A stretch of 64,000 bases of DNA. Source: a virus (taxonomy: Duplodnaviria > Heunggongvirae > Uroviricota > Caudoviricetes). Positions 52,865 to 62,593 of this stretch are shown in pieces; position 1 is the first letter of the stretch, and each line of letters begins with the position of its first letter. Under the pieces are notes generated by a model. The model worked only from the letters and a program-made list of their open reading frames with translations. It did no database searches and was not told where the DNA came from. Where the stretch lies: positions 5,256-69,255 of IMG/VR virus record IMGVR_UViG_3300047444_000753; one strand, 5' to 3'. A program made the position numbers and the translations under genes.

Positions 52865-53017
52865 ATGACAACCAAGAAGGCAGCCACACCGGCTTGTGGC
52901 ATCGATGATCGCCCCACCCAGTGGGATCCCGAAGTCAAGGCGTGGCGCTGCACACGCTGCGGAGCCTACTGGACCGAAACCAACGGCGCGGACTACGCGC
53001 CACCGAAGGAGAACTAA
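52865..53017 (+). CDS. small zinc-ribbon protein (50 aa)
   Basis: CG...C..C pattern. Start moved out of the promoter. Confidence 0.55.
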   Translation: MTTKKAATPACGIDDRPTQWDPEVKAWRCTRCGAYWTETNGADYAPPKEN

Positions 53018-53022
53018 GACTC

Positions 53023-53388
53023 ATGGCACCAACAAACTCAACCAAGCTCATGGAGTGGACCGACCCGCCCGAGCCCGGACGCAGCGCCGACGACTGGCCC
53101 TACCCCACGACACACGTCAAGTACCTGATCAGCGGGGAGCTCGCCGATCGGATCCGTGCGCGTCTGGGCCAGCCTGCCGAGACTCCGGTAGTCATGACCG
53201 AGGATCAGGAGAGCGGTGGGTACTCCGAGTACACGCAAGAGACGGATTACAGCCATACTATCGACTGCGGGCCTCACACGGTCCAATTGGGCTATGCCCC
53301 TTGGGGCCTCAACTCGATCTCCGCATACGGGAGGAACGGCCTGACAAACCTGCTCGAATGGCTGGACAAGGTCGATGAAGGCCTGTGA
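53023..53388 (+). CDS. hypothetical protein (121 aa)
   Basis: AAGGAGAAC RBS. Confidence 0.7.
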   Translation: MAPTNSTKLMEWTDPPEPGRSADDWPYPTTHVKYLISGELADRIRARLGQPAETPVVMTEDQESGGYSEYTQETDYSHTIDCGPHTVQLGYAPWGLNSISAYGRNGLTNLLEWLDKVDEGL

Positions 53389-53716
53389 GTACTGTGGTGG
53401 GGAATTTTCTCCATACAGTATTGAACAAGTCTACTGCAGCCGATCCCATGCCAAGAAGGCCTCCAAGAAGCGGGCAGAAGAGCGCAAGCTGATCCGTGAG
53501 ATGACCATCAACGGGACAGGCCATGGCATCTGCCCGCACCCCTACAAGCGCGGTTACAGCTCTCCAGAGCAGGCGGCACTGGATGAGTTCCCCGCCGCCA
53601 ACTACGAACTTTACAGATGTGTATGTGGTGGGCTACACTATACAAGTAACCTAACGAGAAACCCGAACAGAAAGACATTCAATGATAGACGAGAGCCTGC
53701 TGGAGCCATTCTTTGA
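53375..53716 (+). CDS. zinc-finger protein (113 aa)
   Basis: CEYCG...CSRSH and CVCGG motifs. Confidence 0.65.
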   Translation: MKACEYCGGEFSPYSIEQVYCSRSHAKKASKKRAEERKLIREMTINGTGHGICPHPYKRGYSSPEQAALDEFPAANYELYRCVCGGLHYTSNLTRNPNRKTFNDRREPAGAIL

Positions 53717-54077
53717 GATCGTCCTCTCCGAGAGCATCGGGGACTACCAAGGCGACACGCTGCTGGTACTGAGGAACAAGAGCGACTACGGCTGGCGCTG
53801 GACGGACTCTGAGAGCAAGGTGTGGGGCTTCCTTGTCACCGGCTACGGGTCCTGCTCCGGCTGTGACGTATGGGAGGGAGCGGAGACCGGAACCCAGAAG
53901 TTCGCACTGCTGGCCGAGGAGATTGAGGGCATCAGGTGGTTCCAAACCCTTCCTCAGCTTCAGGCCTACGTCACCGACAAGTACACCACGGAGCTGGAGT
54001 GGTGGGGCAACGAGCCTGACTACAAAGCTTTTGCAAAGACAGTATCGGAACTAACGGGAGGAGAGACAGATGGGTAA
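53682..54077 (+). CDS. hypothetical protein (131 aa)
   Basis: Coding-like. CSGC motif. Confidence 0.65.
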   Translation: MIDESLLEPFFEIVLSESIGDYQGDTLLVLRNKSDYGWRWTDSESKVWGFLVTGYGSCSGCDVWEGAETGTQKFALLAEEIEGIRWFQTLPQLQAYVTDKYTTELEWWGNEPDYKAFAKTVSELTGGETDG

Positions 54078-54630
54078 CATTTTCTACACGTCAGATCTAC
54101 ATTTCAACCACGACTTCGTCGCAGCGACCCGCGACTTCTCCACGGCGGAAGAGCACGACGAGGCCTTGATCGAGCGCTTCAACAAGGTGCTCACCAAGCG
54201 TGACCAGCTCTGGGTCCTCGGGGACGTGTTCATGGGCTCGGTGGCCAAGGGGCTGCCTCTGGTGGCTCGGATCAACGGCACCAGTCATCTGGTGCTGGGC
54301 AACCACGACGCACCCCACCCGCGACACAAGAAATCGCACACGCAGCAGCGCCGGTTCCTTGAGGTCTTCGAGTCGGTCCACGTGCACGAACAGCACGTGA
54401 TCGCCAGTCAGAAGGTACTGCTGAGCCACTACCCGTACACCGGGGACCACTCCGACCGGGAGGACCGCGATGTCCAGTGGCGTCTGCGGGACGAGGGCCA
54501 GCCCCTGCTGCACGGCCACGTGCACGACGAGTGGCTGCACAACGGTCGGCAGTTCAACGTCGGCGTAGACCACAGCCCGGAGCCGGTGCCTGTGGACGCG
54601 GTGGCGGAGTGGCTTGCCAACCTCAGCTAA
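54070..54630 (+). CDS. metallophosphoesterase (lambda-phosphatase-like Ser/Thr phosphatase family)
   Basis: SDLHFNH, GDVF, GNHD and GHVH motifs. GGAGAGA RBS. Confidence 0.8.
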   Translation: MGNIFYTSDLHFNHDFVAATRDFSTAEEHDEALIERFNKVLTKRDQLWVLGDVFMGSVAKGLPLVARINGTSHLVLGNHDAPHPRHKKSHTQQRRFLEVFESVHVHEQHVIASQKVLLSHYPYTGDHSDREDRDVQWRLRDEGQPLLHGHVHDEWLHNGRQFNVGVDHSPEPVPVDAVAEWLANLS

Positions 54631-54642
54631 ACCATATACACT
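54614..54642 (+). promoter_or_regulatory. promoter TTGCCA-17-TACACT
   Basis: Lies in the 3' end of the previous gene. Same -10 as 56727 and 59119. Confidence 0.45.
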
Positions 54643-54673
54643 TGTAGTAACGACGACGACGAAAGGAAAACAC

Positions 54674-54934
54674 ATGAGCTTCTCAGAGGAATTCGACAAG
54701 AGATTGCGCCGCGTCTGCGGTGTCGAGGATGACACCCGCAGTGTCAGCTACGAGGTCGAATTCGACAAGGCCTACTTCACCGGCTGCGACACTTGTGGGT
54801 ACGGCGGCGACGATGACCGAACCTACGTCACGGTAACCGTAATGGGCGAGGACAACTCGTGGCGTGGACAGACGAGCCGTGAATTTCCGGACCTAGGCTC
54901 GTTGATGCGTGCCGTGGATGATGTGACCTTGTGA
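54674..54934 (+). CDS. hypothetical protein (86 aa)
   Basis: GAAAGGAAAA RBS. Confidence 0.7.
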   Translation: MSFSEEFDKRLRRVCGVEDDTRSVSYEVEFDKAYFTGCDTCGYGGDDDRTYVTVTVMGEDNSWRGQTSREFPDLGSLMRAVDDVTL

Positions 54935-55188
54935 AAGAGGACATCGACTACCATACATGGCCGAAGGGTGAGATATTCGAGAGAAAGAGGACTCTGCTGG
55001 AACGAATCGCCTCTGACTACTCGGATACAGGTGAGGTCACCGAGAACGACTTCAACTACCTATGGGACAAGAGCAAACACTTTTGGGTGCTCTTCAACCA
55101 CTTCGCTGAGTCCCGCGTGCAATGGATGACGGAAGCAATGTTGAAGGATATCGAAATCGCTGACCTGCGCAAGCAGATCGGTAAATAA
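54931..55188 (+). CDS. hypothetical protein (85 aa)
   Basis: GTGA overlap start. Confidence 0.55.
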   Translation: MKEDIDYHTWPKGEIFERKRTLLERIASDYSDTGEVTENDFNYLWDKSKHFWVLFNHFAESRVQWMTEAMLKDIEIADLRKQIGK

Positions 55189-55216
55189 CAAACACTACAA
55201 AGAAAAGGACAAGACA

Positions 55217-55813
55217 ATGGGAACACGCGGACTGATGGCCTTTGCCCACAACGGCGAGATCAAGGCAATGTACAACCACTGGGACTCCTACCCCACGGGA
55301 CTGGGCGAGGTTATGGTCAAGTGGATGCTGGCGCAGGACGGCGACTTCTCCGATGCCATCGAGAAGTTCGACCGTCTCACTGCCGTGGACGAGAACGCGG
55401 AGCCGACCGAAGACCAGAAGCTGGCACTGGTCCGGTATCTGAACCTGAGCGTCGGAAGCCGGACGGACAGTGACTGGTACAACCTGCTGCGGGACACACA
55501 GGGAAATCCCGTAGGTGCCCTTGAGGCTGGTTTCTTTGCGGACTACTTCAAGTTCGGTGAGGACTCACTCTTCTGCGAATACGGCTACGTCGTGGATCTG
55601 GACCGGAAGGTGCTGGAGGTCTACAAAGGCTTCCAGACCGCTCCACACGAGGAGGGCCGCTGGGCAGGTGGGGCGAGCCGTACCGTGGATTTCGGTAGCC
55701 GGGATACCTACCACCCGATCAAGCTGATCGAGGAGTTCACCCTTCCGGACCTGATCCAGAATCCAGACGTCATGGAGATTCTGGAAGCGAAGCTGGACTC
55801 CGAAGAGGATTAG
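55217..55813 (+). CDS. hypothetical protein (198 aa)
   Basis: AAAGGACAAG RBS. Confidence 0.75.
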   Translation: MGTRGLMAFAHNGEIKAMYNHWDSYPTGLGEVMVKWMLAQDGDFSDAIEKFDRLTAVDENAEPTEDQKLALVRYLNLSVGSRTDSDWYNLLRDTQGNPVGALEAGFFADYFKFGEDSLFCEYGYVVDLDRKVLEVYKGFQTAPHEEGRWAGGASRTVDFGSRDTYHPIKLIEEFTLPDLIQNPDVMEILEAKLDSEED

Positions 55814-55843
55814 TTGACAGGTATGTATCCAGTGGTCTACACT
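55814..55843 (+). promoter_or_regulatory. promoter TTGACA-18-TACACT
   Basis: Consensus -35. Confidence 0.5.
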
Positions 55844-55879
55844 GGATACATACCAACAACCACTACAAAGGAGAACTAA

Positions 55880-56119
55880 ATGTCATACGGATACCGAAAC
55901 CGCGAACAACGCCTCAACGACCGCAGAGCCACTGAACTCATCGGGGCGGCAAAGAAGGCGGCTAGTTCCAACGTCAACACTGACCTGCTGCTCGGCAAGC
56001 TGATTGCCGAAGTCCAGCTCTCCAACCTCCTCGCTGTCGCCAATGGTGAGAGCTTCCCCAAGGCTGTCCGGGATGAGGCTCGGGACACCGCGCTGGATAT
56101 CCTGAGGGAGCAGGCATAA
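55880..56119 (+). CDS. hypothetical protein (79 aa)
   Basis: AAAGGAGAAC RBS. Confidence 0.7.
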   Translation: MSYGYRNREQRLNDRRATELIGAAKKAASSNVNTDLLLGKLIAEVQLSNLLAVANGESFPKAVRDEARDTALDILREQA

Positions 56120-56313
56120 TGGCCGGAGGATACGCTGACGCACAGCAAGAACTGCGGATGTGCGTTCAGGTTGCTTGGGAGAAGGCCATGGACGTCTTCT
56201 ATGAGAATCTGGACAGAATCCCGCGTGACAACGACGATGATGTTCTGGGTGCTGTTCGTACCCAAATTGACGAAGAGACGGCAGATGCCTATCAGGAATG
56301 GATTGACGCATGA
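56119..56313 (+). CDS. hypothetical protein (64 aa)
   Basis: TAATG overlap. Acidic. Confidence 0.55.
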   Translation: MAGGYADAQQELRMCVQVAWEKAMDVFYENLDRIPRDNDDDVLGAVRTQIDEETADAYQEWIDA

Positions 56314-56639
56314 GCTACGACGTTTCCCTTGGCACCTACGTGCGGGACCGCTGGTACGAGATCATCGACATCGGCAACATGACCTCCAACGTGGCGGGCA
56401 TGTGGCGTCTCGCCAGCCCCGACACGGACGGCCTGAAGGGTCTGCACGGTATGACGGCGGGGGAGGCCATCGGACCCCTGAGCAAGGCGATCCTGCGCAT
56501 GCGTGCGGATCCTGACGCCTACGCCCCACTGACCCCGTCCAACGGGTGGGGCAGCTACGAGGGGGCAATGGGATTCATGGATGACATCCTCAGGGCTTGC
56601 CGCTCGCACCCATGGCTCACGATCAGTGTTGACGTCTGA
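56310..56639 (+). CDS. hypothetical protein (109 aa)
   Basis: ATGA overlap. Confidence 0.65.
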   Translation: MSYDVSLGTYVRDRWYEIIDIGNMTSNVAGMWRLASPDTDGLKGLHGMTAGEAIGPLSKAILRMRADPDAYAPLTPSNGWGSYEGAMGFMDDILRACRSHPWLTISVDV

Positions 56640-56655
56640 TATACTGGTACCAACA

Positions 56656-56700
56656 CGACTGGTCACCTTTCCTAGATGGAACGGTGGCCAGTTCTTTTTG
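56656..56700 (+). terminator. rho-independent terminator
   Basis: Stem GACTGGTCACC/GGTGGCCAGTT, then CTTTTTG. Confidence 0.75.
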
Positions 56701-56703
56701 CCC

Positions 56704-56732
56704 TTGCGCACCCCAAACTAATGGCATACACT
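56704..56732 (+). promoter_or_regulatory. promoter TTGCGC-17-TACACT
   Basis: Part of a 38-bp unit repeated at 59096. Confidence 0.5.
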
Positions 56733-56767
56733 TGTAATAGATATAGACAAATGACACAGGAGACACC

Positions 56768-57010
56768 GTGACAGACAGCAAGCACGCCATCCATGTCCGC
56801 AGGGCATGGTACGACCACGAGCCGGAACGACTGACGGTCTCCGTCGAGTCGGACGGCCAGACCGGCGATCGGTACACCGTGTTCACCACCTCCAGCACAT
56901 GGCTGGACCCGACGCAGGTGGACCAGCTGATTGACTACCTGCAGTACTGCAAGGTGGTCATGGCGGAGGAGGACACCTTCGACGGCGTAACCAAAGAACT
57001 GAAAGACTAA
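56768..57010 (+). CDS. hypothetical protein (80 aa)
   Basis: GTG start with AGGAGA RBS. Confidence 0.65.
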   Translation: MTDSKHAIHVRRAWYDHEPERLTVSVESDGQTGDRYTVFTTSSTWLDPTQVDQLIDYLQYCKVVMAEEDTFDGVTKELKD

Positions 57011-57019
57011 GGAGAAAAC

Positions 57020-57265
57020 ATGTTCCCCAAATTCACTCCAGAAGAGCTCCACGTTGCTCGCGACATGCTGGGCTTCTACGGACTGCCCGGTGGCTATAGC
57101 CCCGGATCCTTCACTACCAACCTGATCCGGACACTGGAAGTGGCCGACTCATACAACACCGCACGAATCCTGAACGAGTTCCACGAGTTCCGGACGGCCT
57201 ACTCTGTGTTGACCACCTACGGCGGGGAGACCCTAGCCAAGATGGTTGAGGAACAGTCGAAGTAA
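57020..57265 (+). CDS. hypothetical protein (81 aa)
   Basis: AAGGAGAAAA RBS. Confidence 0.7.
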   Translation: MFPKFTPEELHVARDMLGFYGLPGGYSPGSFTTNLIRTLEVADSYNTARILNEFHEFRTAYSVLTTYGGETLAKMVEEQSK

Positions 57266-57347
57266 ACTAGACAGTTGCGTAGTTGACATGCACGTGCCAT
57301 ACTAAGGAGTACTAGCAGTAACCAAACAAACAACAAGGAGAAAGATC

Positions 57348-57911
57348 ATGAAAAAGCTCGCTATCAGTACAGCCATCGCCGCCTTCGCCATCGCTGCCCT
57401 CACCGGCTGTGGGTCCGAGTCGTCAGGAAACACCATCAGCAGTGCGTCCGCTGCTGCACCTGCGGCAGCTGCAGCCCCAGCCTCTTCGGCTCCGGCAGCC
57501 ATCCCGGGAGCGGCCAAGTTCGGCCAGACCGTTACCTTCCCGTCCGGCGTCTCGGTTACCGTCACGCCCGAGGTACACACCGCCAGCGAAAGTGCAGCTG
57601 GGGCCATCGATGGAAAGATCGTCTACTTCAACGTCAAGATCCACAACGGATCCAAGGCCACGATCAATGGCTCGCTCTCCTCCTCTCCGACCGTCAGCTA
57701 CGGTGCTGACGGGACCGAGGCGTCCTCCGGCGTGGACTTGGGTACCAAGGGCGGCGACACCGGCTGGGTCAGGACTCTCCTGCCCGGTGAGACGAAGACT
57801 GCACGCTCCGGCGTCGGTATCCCCACCAAGTACTTCGGTGATGTCCGGGTTGAGGTCTCCTCTCCCGACATGTCTGACGAGCCCGCCATCTTCAAGGGCT
57901 CCGTCAAATAG
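57348..57911 (+). CDS. lipoprotein (lipobox LTGC)
   Basis: Signal peptide plus Cys. AAGGAGAAAG RBS. Confidence 0.75.
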   Translation: MKKLAISTAIAAFAIAALTGCGSESSGNTISSASAAAPAAAAAPASSAPAAIPGAAKFGQTVTFPSGVSVTVTPEVHTASESAAGAIDGKIVYFNVKIHNGSKATINGSLSSSPTVSYGADGTEASSGVDLGTKGGDTGWVRTLLPGETKTARSGVGIPTKYFGDVRVEVSSPDMSDEPAIFKGSVK

Positions 57912-57995
57912 CATTTCCGGTAGGGGACTAGACACCTAGTTCCCTACCGTGTATGCTTGATTTATACCAACCAAGACAAAGAAAAGGGACAGACC

Positions 57996-58574
57996 ATGAC
58001 ACTCAGCACCGACATCTACCTCACCGGACCCGTGGACGCCAAGGAGGTCTTCGACTTCTGCAACTCCCTGATGGGAGCGAAGAACCCCTCCTTCAGCAAC
58101 GAGGAGTCCAGCTGGAGCGAGGGCCGCTGGTCCTACCTGAATGCCCCCGGACAGGGCTACAACGCGTGGATGGGCGTCTACTACCGTCCGGATGGGCCGC
58201 TGGCTGCGGAGGATGTCTGGGTTGAGGATACGGATGTCTGGACTGAAGACGGTAGTGTCTACCGCTATCTGGATCAGAAGGCGTGCACCGTCCGGATCAA
58301 CTTCGACACCGGCTACGGCTACCGGGACGAATTCGGCGGATGCTCTGAGCTCCATGGCCGGTACATCGTCGCACTGCACCGCTGGGCCGAGGATCACGGG
58401 GCCACGCTCGAATGGCAGAACGAATTCACGGGCGAGTACTTCAAGGGTCTGGACGGGCTCTCGGACTTCGGCGGCGAGGGAGACAAGGCCGCTGACTGGG
58501 TGAAGGAGATCTACCAGCTCATCAAGGCCAGCGTTGTCGAGGACATCGCCAAGAAGTTTGAAGACACCAAGTAA
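57996..58574 (+). CDS. hypothetical protein (192 aa)
   Basis: AAAGGGACAG RBS. Confidence 0.7.
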   Translation: MTLSTDIYLTGPVDAKEVFDFCNSLMGAKNPSFSNEESSWSEGRWSYLNAPGQGYNAWMGVYYRPDGPLAAEDVWVEDTDVWTEDGSVYRYLDQKACTVRINFDTGYGYRDEFGGCSELHGRYIVALHRWAEDHGATLEWQNEFTGEYFKGLDGLSDFGGEGDKAADWVKEIYQLIKASVVEDIAKKFEDTK

Positions 58575-58601
58575 CCACACCAATCTAGGAAGAGAATCAA
58601 T

Positions 58602-59051
58602 ATGGGTTATTACGACGAGAAGTTTACGGCACTGAACGGAAAGACCGTTCGCGAGATCTGGATGAGCGACGACTACCTGACCTTTGTCACGGACGACGGC
58701 AAGGTCACCTACGCGGTATACGGGGACTGCTGCTCCGACAGCGCGTTCTTCGACTTCTACGGGGTCGAGAACGTACTGGGCCGGGAGGTTGTGGCCTTCG
58801 AATCGGTCAGCCTATCACCGGGGGATCCCGGCTACCGTGCGGAGACCTTTGAGACCCCCGCAAATGACTACGGTGAGACACAGGTCTACGGCTACCGGAT
58901 CACCACGGAGCACCCGATGTTCGGCCACGTCTCGGCGGTGATGAGTTTCCGGAACGAGTCCAACGGCTACTACGGCGGCTGGATGGAGCTGACGGACTAC
59001 GAGCCGACGTACCTGCCTGAATGTCAGCTGCTCACCGACAAGGTCGGCTAA
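58602..59051 (+). CDS. hypothetical protein (149 aa)
   Basis: AGGAAGAG RBS. Confidence 0.7.
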   Translation: MGYYDEKFTALNGKTVREIWMSDDYLTFVTDDGKVTYAVYGDCCSDSAFFDFYGVENVLGREVVAFESVSLSPGDPGYRAETFETPANDYGETQVYGYRITTEHPMFGHVSAVMSFRNESNGYYGGWMELTDYEPTYLPECQLLTDKVG

Positions 59052-59054
59052 CAC

Positions 59055-59092
59055 ACTGGCCGTCACCGAAAGGTGGCGGTCAGTTTTGTTTG
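59055..59092 (+). terminator. rho-independent terminator
   Basis: Stem ACTGGCCGTCACC / GAAA loop / GGTGGCGGTCAGT, then TTTGTTT. Confidence 0.75.
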
Positions 59093-59095
59093 GGC

Positions 59096-59124
59096 TTGCG
59101 TCCCGAACCAATAGGGTATACACT
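59096..59124 (+). promoter_or_regulatory. promoter TTGCGT-17-TACACT
   Basis: Repeat of the unit at 56704. Confidence 0.5.
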
Positions 59125-59157
59125 TGTATTACCAACCAAGACAACCAAGGAGACACC

Positions 59158-59454
59158 ATGAACGACATCGACCCGAACCTCGTCAAGCAGATGGCAAACA
59201 TGCCGGAAACGCACGCCCTCACCATCGGCATGGGCGTCAAGATGATGGGCATGAAGCAGGCCGTCGTCACCATCTTTGACGGAGCCCTCTTCAAGGACGA
59301 GACCCTGAAAGACCTCGCCATGAACGCGTTCCGCGTCTGGATGGACAACAGCGAAGAGGCCAACAACTGGGAGCCCTCGATGATCTGGCTGGACGAGAAG
59401 GACGGCGGAGCCTACCGGGCTACCCGCTACGTCACCATGCGGAAGATGCGATGA
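59158..59454 (+). CDS. hypothetical protein (98 aa)
   Basis: AAGGAGACACC RBS (identical context to 56768). Confidence 0.7.
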   Translation: MNDIDPNLVKQMANMPETHALTIGMGVKMMGMKQAVVTIFDGALFKDETLKDLAMNAFRVWMDNSEEANNWEPSMIWLDEKDGGAYRATRYVTMRKMR

Positions 59455-59636
59455 CCGGCGTAACCACGGGCCGCATGTCTCGCAAGGAGAACACCGCGCT
59501 CTGGCTAGGCCGCAAGGCCTTCGTGCCCAACAAGGACACCGTCTACGTGCTGGATCAGCACATGTCTAAGCTGCTGCTGGACTACGATCCCGGTGAGGGA
59601 TTCGAAGTCCATCTGCCTGCCGTGAGCCGTGATTAA
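59451..59636 (+). CDS. hypothetical protein (61 aa)
   Basis: ATGA overlap. Confidence 0.5.
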   Translation: MTGVTTGRMSRKENTALWLGRKAFVPNKDTVYVLDQHMSKLLLDYDPGEGFEVHLPAVSRD

Positions 59637-59702
59637 AGTCACACACTTGTTTAATCTTCATGATAGACTTGCAAGTAATGCACCGTCTATCATGGGACTG
59701 AT

Positions 59703-60440
59703 ATGGCCAACCCCGCGAACCTACAATATTGCAAAGTCTTTGGAAGTTTCAAGGCCTTTGTAGCTGACTCCTCGGACGCGGACGATCTTCCAGACCTCAT
59801 CCCGATGACAGGCACAGGCGAGATCTACGCCAACATCGACCGCGCCAAGGACCTAACGCCGGGACAAAAGTCGATCTACTTCAACACGTCGATTCCGGTC
59901 ACGGTCGATTCCGATGGAGACCTCTCGCAGGGTGGCCGCAAGTATGTCATGGTGCTGGCCCCGTCCGATACCATCAGCCCCGTAGGATTCAACTACACCA
60001 TCAAGCTGACGCTGAGTGTTCCGGGGATTTCGGGTACCCGAACCTTCGGACCCTTCGCCATCCCCGTTGTCGGCGGAACCGAGGTCGATCTGGCGGACTT
60101 CCTGCCGGTCTCGTCATCGGCGGGCACCCCTGTCATTACCGGACCCATGGGACCAGCGGGACCTCCCGGGGCGTCGGTCACCGGACCAGCTGGGCCTGCA
60201 GGTCCTGCCGGACCACAGGGACCTGCGGGGGAGTCAATCACAGGCCCTGCGGGACCTGTAGGTCCTGCCGGTCCAATGGGGCCTGCGGGGGCCGACTCAA
60301 CCGTTCCGGGTCCGAAGGGTGATACGGGTGCGACGGGTCCAGTCGGTCCTGAGGGGCCAGTCGCAGGGGCAAAGGTCACCGTCTCCGCTACTGCACCCGC
60401 AAGCCCTGCCGAGGGTGACGTCTGGTTCGACATTTCATGA
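59703..60440 (+). CDS. minor tail / tail-fibre protein with collagen-like Gly-X-Y repeats
   Basis: About 25 consecutive GPxGPx triplets ([31 protein letters not shown]...). Confidence 0.75.
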   Translation: MANPANLQYCKVFGSFKAFVADSSDADDLPDLIPMTGTGEIYANIDRAKDLTPGQKSIYFNTSIPVTVDSDGDLSQGGRKYVMVLAPSDTISPVGFNYTIKLTLSVPGISGTRTFGPFAIPVVGGTEVDLADFLPVSSSAGTPVITGPMGPAGPPGASVTGPAGPAGPAGPQGPAGESITGPAGPVGPAGPMGPAGADSTVPGPKGDTGATGPVGPEGPVAGAKVTVSATAPASPAEGDVWFDIS

Positions 60441-61117
60441 CAGACTATAGTCTTTTCCAGAGCTTTCCGGATGTTCAGCCAGCGCTCAGCGACAACGATG
60501 CTGTCACGCTTGGCACCCAGTTCTCCGTCACTGGTCCTGCGTGGCTGACAGCGATACGTTACCCGCATGCCGTAACCGCTGACGAGTTCGCCCAGCGCAC
60601 GGCAGCGCTCTATAAGCTGACCGACCTCAACTGGGGTGTTGTAGCTACAGGACCATTGACCATGCCGGTCCCGGTTGCCGGGGAATGGTGCGTCGTGGAG
60701 CTACCAACACCGTTCCAGTTGGAACAGGGGGCCAGTTACCGCGTAGCCGTTCTGCACCCGGGCGGACATTACCCGGCTACCGGAGCCTACTTCAAGGACG
60801 GCCCCGGCAGTACGGAGCAGGATTTCGGCCCACTACACCTGCCCAATATGGACAACGTCGCCTACTACAATCAGGGCTCGTTTTTCTATGGCACGGCGAT
60901 GACATTCCCCGACAAGTCCTTTAACGGCGCGTCCTACTTCTCTGACGTTGTAGTCTCCGACGTGGACCCGGCACTGGCAGGGCCTAGGGTAAGTCTCAAG
61001 ACCCTTGAGTCCGGCCTGTGGGCCACGCACAGCGCCACCCCGAAGGTCTTTTCTGCCGGGGCATGGGTGCCAAAGGCACCTAAGCGCTGGGACGGAACGG
61101 GATGGGTCAATCTCTAG
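60437..61117 (+). CDS. tail-fibre-associated / minor tail protein candidate
   Basis: ATGA-coupled to the collagen-like gene. Confidence 0.55.
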   Translation: MTDYSLFQSFPDVQPALSDNDAVTLGTQFSVTGPAWLTAIRYPHAVTADEFAQRTAALYKLTDLNWGVVATGPLTMPVPVAGEWCVVELPTPFQLEQGASYRVAVLHPGGHYPATGAYFKDGPGSTEQDFGPLHLPNMDNVAYYNQGSFFYGTAMTFPDKSFNGASYFSDVVVSDVDPALAGPRVSLKTLESGLWATHSATPKVFSAGAWVPKAPKRWDGTGWVNL

Positions 61118-61119
61118 GG

Positions 61120-61148
61120 TTGACATCTAACCATCTTTAGATTAGTCT
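61120..61148 (+). promoter_or_regulatory. promoter TTGACA-17-TAGTCT
   Basis: Consensus -35, weak -10. Confidence 0.4.
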
Positions 61149-61188
61149 TAGTACATAGGGATTACCAACACCCACTAAGGAGAGACTA

Positions 61189-61353
61189 ATGGAAGAGAAC
61201 GACCTGAAGAACCTCATCCCGGAGCGGATCTCGATGACCCCCATCCAGTTCGAGCGCTTCGAGAAGATGCTGGACGCCGAGCCCAAGGACATGCCCAAGC
61301 TACGTGCCCTGATGAACCGTCCGGTGATCTGGACAGACGAGCCGTGCTCATGA
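61189..61353 (+). CDS. small hypothetical protein (54 aa)
   Basis: Strong AAGGAGAG RBS. Confidence 0.55.
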   Translation: MEENDLKNLIPERISMTPIQFERFEKMLDAEPKDMPKLRALMNRPVIWTDEPCS

Positions 61354-61625
61354 GCACCAAGGCACGCGTCGAGGCATTCTGCGCGAAACACAACATCGAG
61401 CTCGATGATTCGAGTACCCGCTACGACATCGACATCTCCGTGTATACGCCCAAGGGGATCCGCTTCAAGGCTACGAACTGCCACAGCGCCGTGACGGCCT
61501 TCAGCTATCTCGAAGGCAACAAGGAGGACGGATGGCGTCATGTCTGGGACGACCTGTCTTTCGGGCTGGAAGAGTGCGACGAGCCCAACTGCGGCTTCTG
61601 CGAGCGGGGATTGCGTAACGTCTAG
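61350..61625 (+). CDS. hypothetical Cys-rich protein (91 aa)
   Basis: ATGA overlap. CDEPNCGFC motif. Confidence 0.65.
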   Translation: MSTKARVEAFCAKHNIELDDSSTRYDIDISVYTPKGIRFKATNCHSAVTAFSYLEGNKEDGWRHVWDDLSFGLEECDEPNCGFCERGLRNV

Positions 61626-61683
61626 CTTGGTAGACATCAAGGGGATATCGTAAGGTGGTCTCATCAACCACCAAAGGAGTCAC

Positions 61684-62010
61684 ATGTCTCGGTCCACGAA
61701 CAGCCACTCTGACAACGAAAGAGCGGGGTCTAGTTTTGAGGAAGAGGGCATCCACGAGATCAGATACTACGACGCCGTGGGGCGTCCCCGGAAACTCGCC
61801 AGCGGGGCCATGACAGCCATGCAGCGCGAGTTCCAGTACGGGACACCCACCAAGGAGCTTGCCAGCCGGTACGGAGTCTCTGTCTCGCTTGTGCTAACAA
61901 TCTGCTATCACGTACCCAAGGGACAGCCACGCAAGCGTCCGGCACCGCAGAGCATGCGTCCGGTCATCTATGCCGTCCCTGATGACTCAACAGGAGTTGC
62001 AAATGATTAG
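61684..62010 (+). CDS. HTH DNA-binding protein (108 aa)
   Basis: AAAGGAG RBS. TPTKELASRYGVSVSLVLTI helix-turn-helix. Confidence 0.65.
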   Translation: MSRSTNSHSDNERAGSSFEEEGIHEIRYYDAVGRPRKLASGAMTAMQREFQYGTPTKELASRYGVSVSLVLTICYHVPKGQPRKRPAPQSMRPVIYAVPDDSTGVAND

Positions 62011-62461
62011 TCTCAACGACATCACGGCGGCGAACACTCTGCTTATCTCACTCGGCGGAGAGGACCAGATGAGCCGGATCGCCGCCACCGCGATTGACCG
62101 CTCACTCGAACTGCAGCACCGGGTGGACCGGGCATTGAAGTATGCGTCGGAGGCACCGGCAAACTCGGTGCACGCCAAGAACATGGCCCGCATCCTAGAC
62201 GGATCCATCACCGTGGACGATGAGCTGAATGAGGTCGCGGAGCAGAACCTACCGCAGCCCCAGCGGCTCAAGGCAGTCGTGGCCAAGAGTTCCCGGGGGA
62301 TGGGGCTCAAGGGCCGGTCCACGAAGGAGCGGAAGGCCTTCCGTGACTGGCTGCAGACCCACAACATCGACCTGCCCAAGTACGGGCCGATCGACCAGAG
62401 CTACATCGATGCGTTCGATGAGGACATGGCCAACAAGGGCAGAGGCACCGTCAGCGCCTAG
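62003..62461 (+). CDS. hypothetical protein (152 aa)
   Basis: CAGGAG RBS. ATG overlaps the previous stop. Confidence 0.65.
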   Translation: MISLNDITAANTLLISLGGEDQMSRIAATAIDRSLELQHRVDRALKYASEAPANSVHAKNMARILDGSITVDDELNEVAEQNLPQPQRLKAVVAKSSRGMGLKGRSTKERKAFRDWLQTHNIDLPKYGPIDQSYIDAFDEDMANKGRGTVSA

Positions 62462-62465
62462 GAGA

Positions 62466-62500
62466 GCCCAGCCTCAGTCTTGGGGCTGGGTTTCTCTTTG
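62466..62500 (+). terminator. rho-independent terminator
   Basis: Stem CCCAGCC / GGCTGGG, then TTTCTCTTTG. Confidence 0.75.
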
Positions 62501-62509
62501 TCTGGGTAG

Positions 62510-62561
62510 TTGACAGGCCTGTATGGTGGAACTAGACATAGCCACACATAATGTGTACACT
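62510..62561 (+). promoter_or_regulatory. tandem promoters TTGACA-17-TAGACA and TAGACA-17-TACACT
   Basis: The first -10-like hexamer doubles as the -35 of a second promoter. Confidence 0.45.
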
Positions 62562-62593
62562 GTATGTAATAGACCAACAACTAAGGAGTAAAT

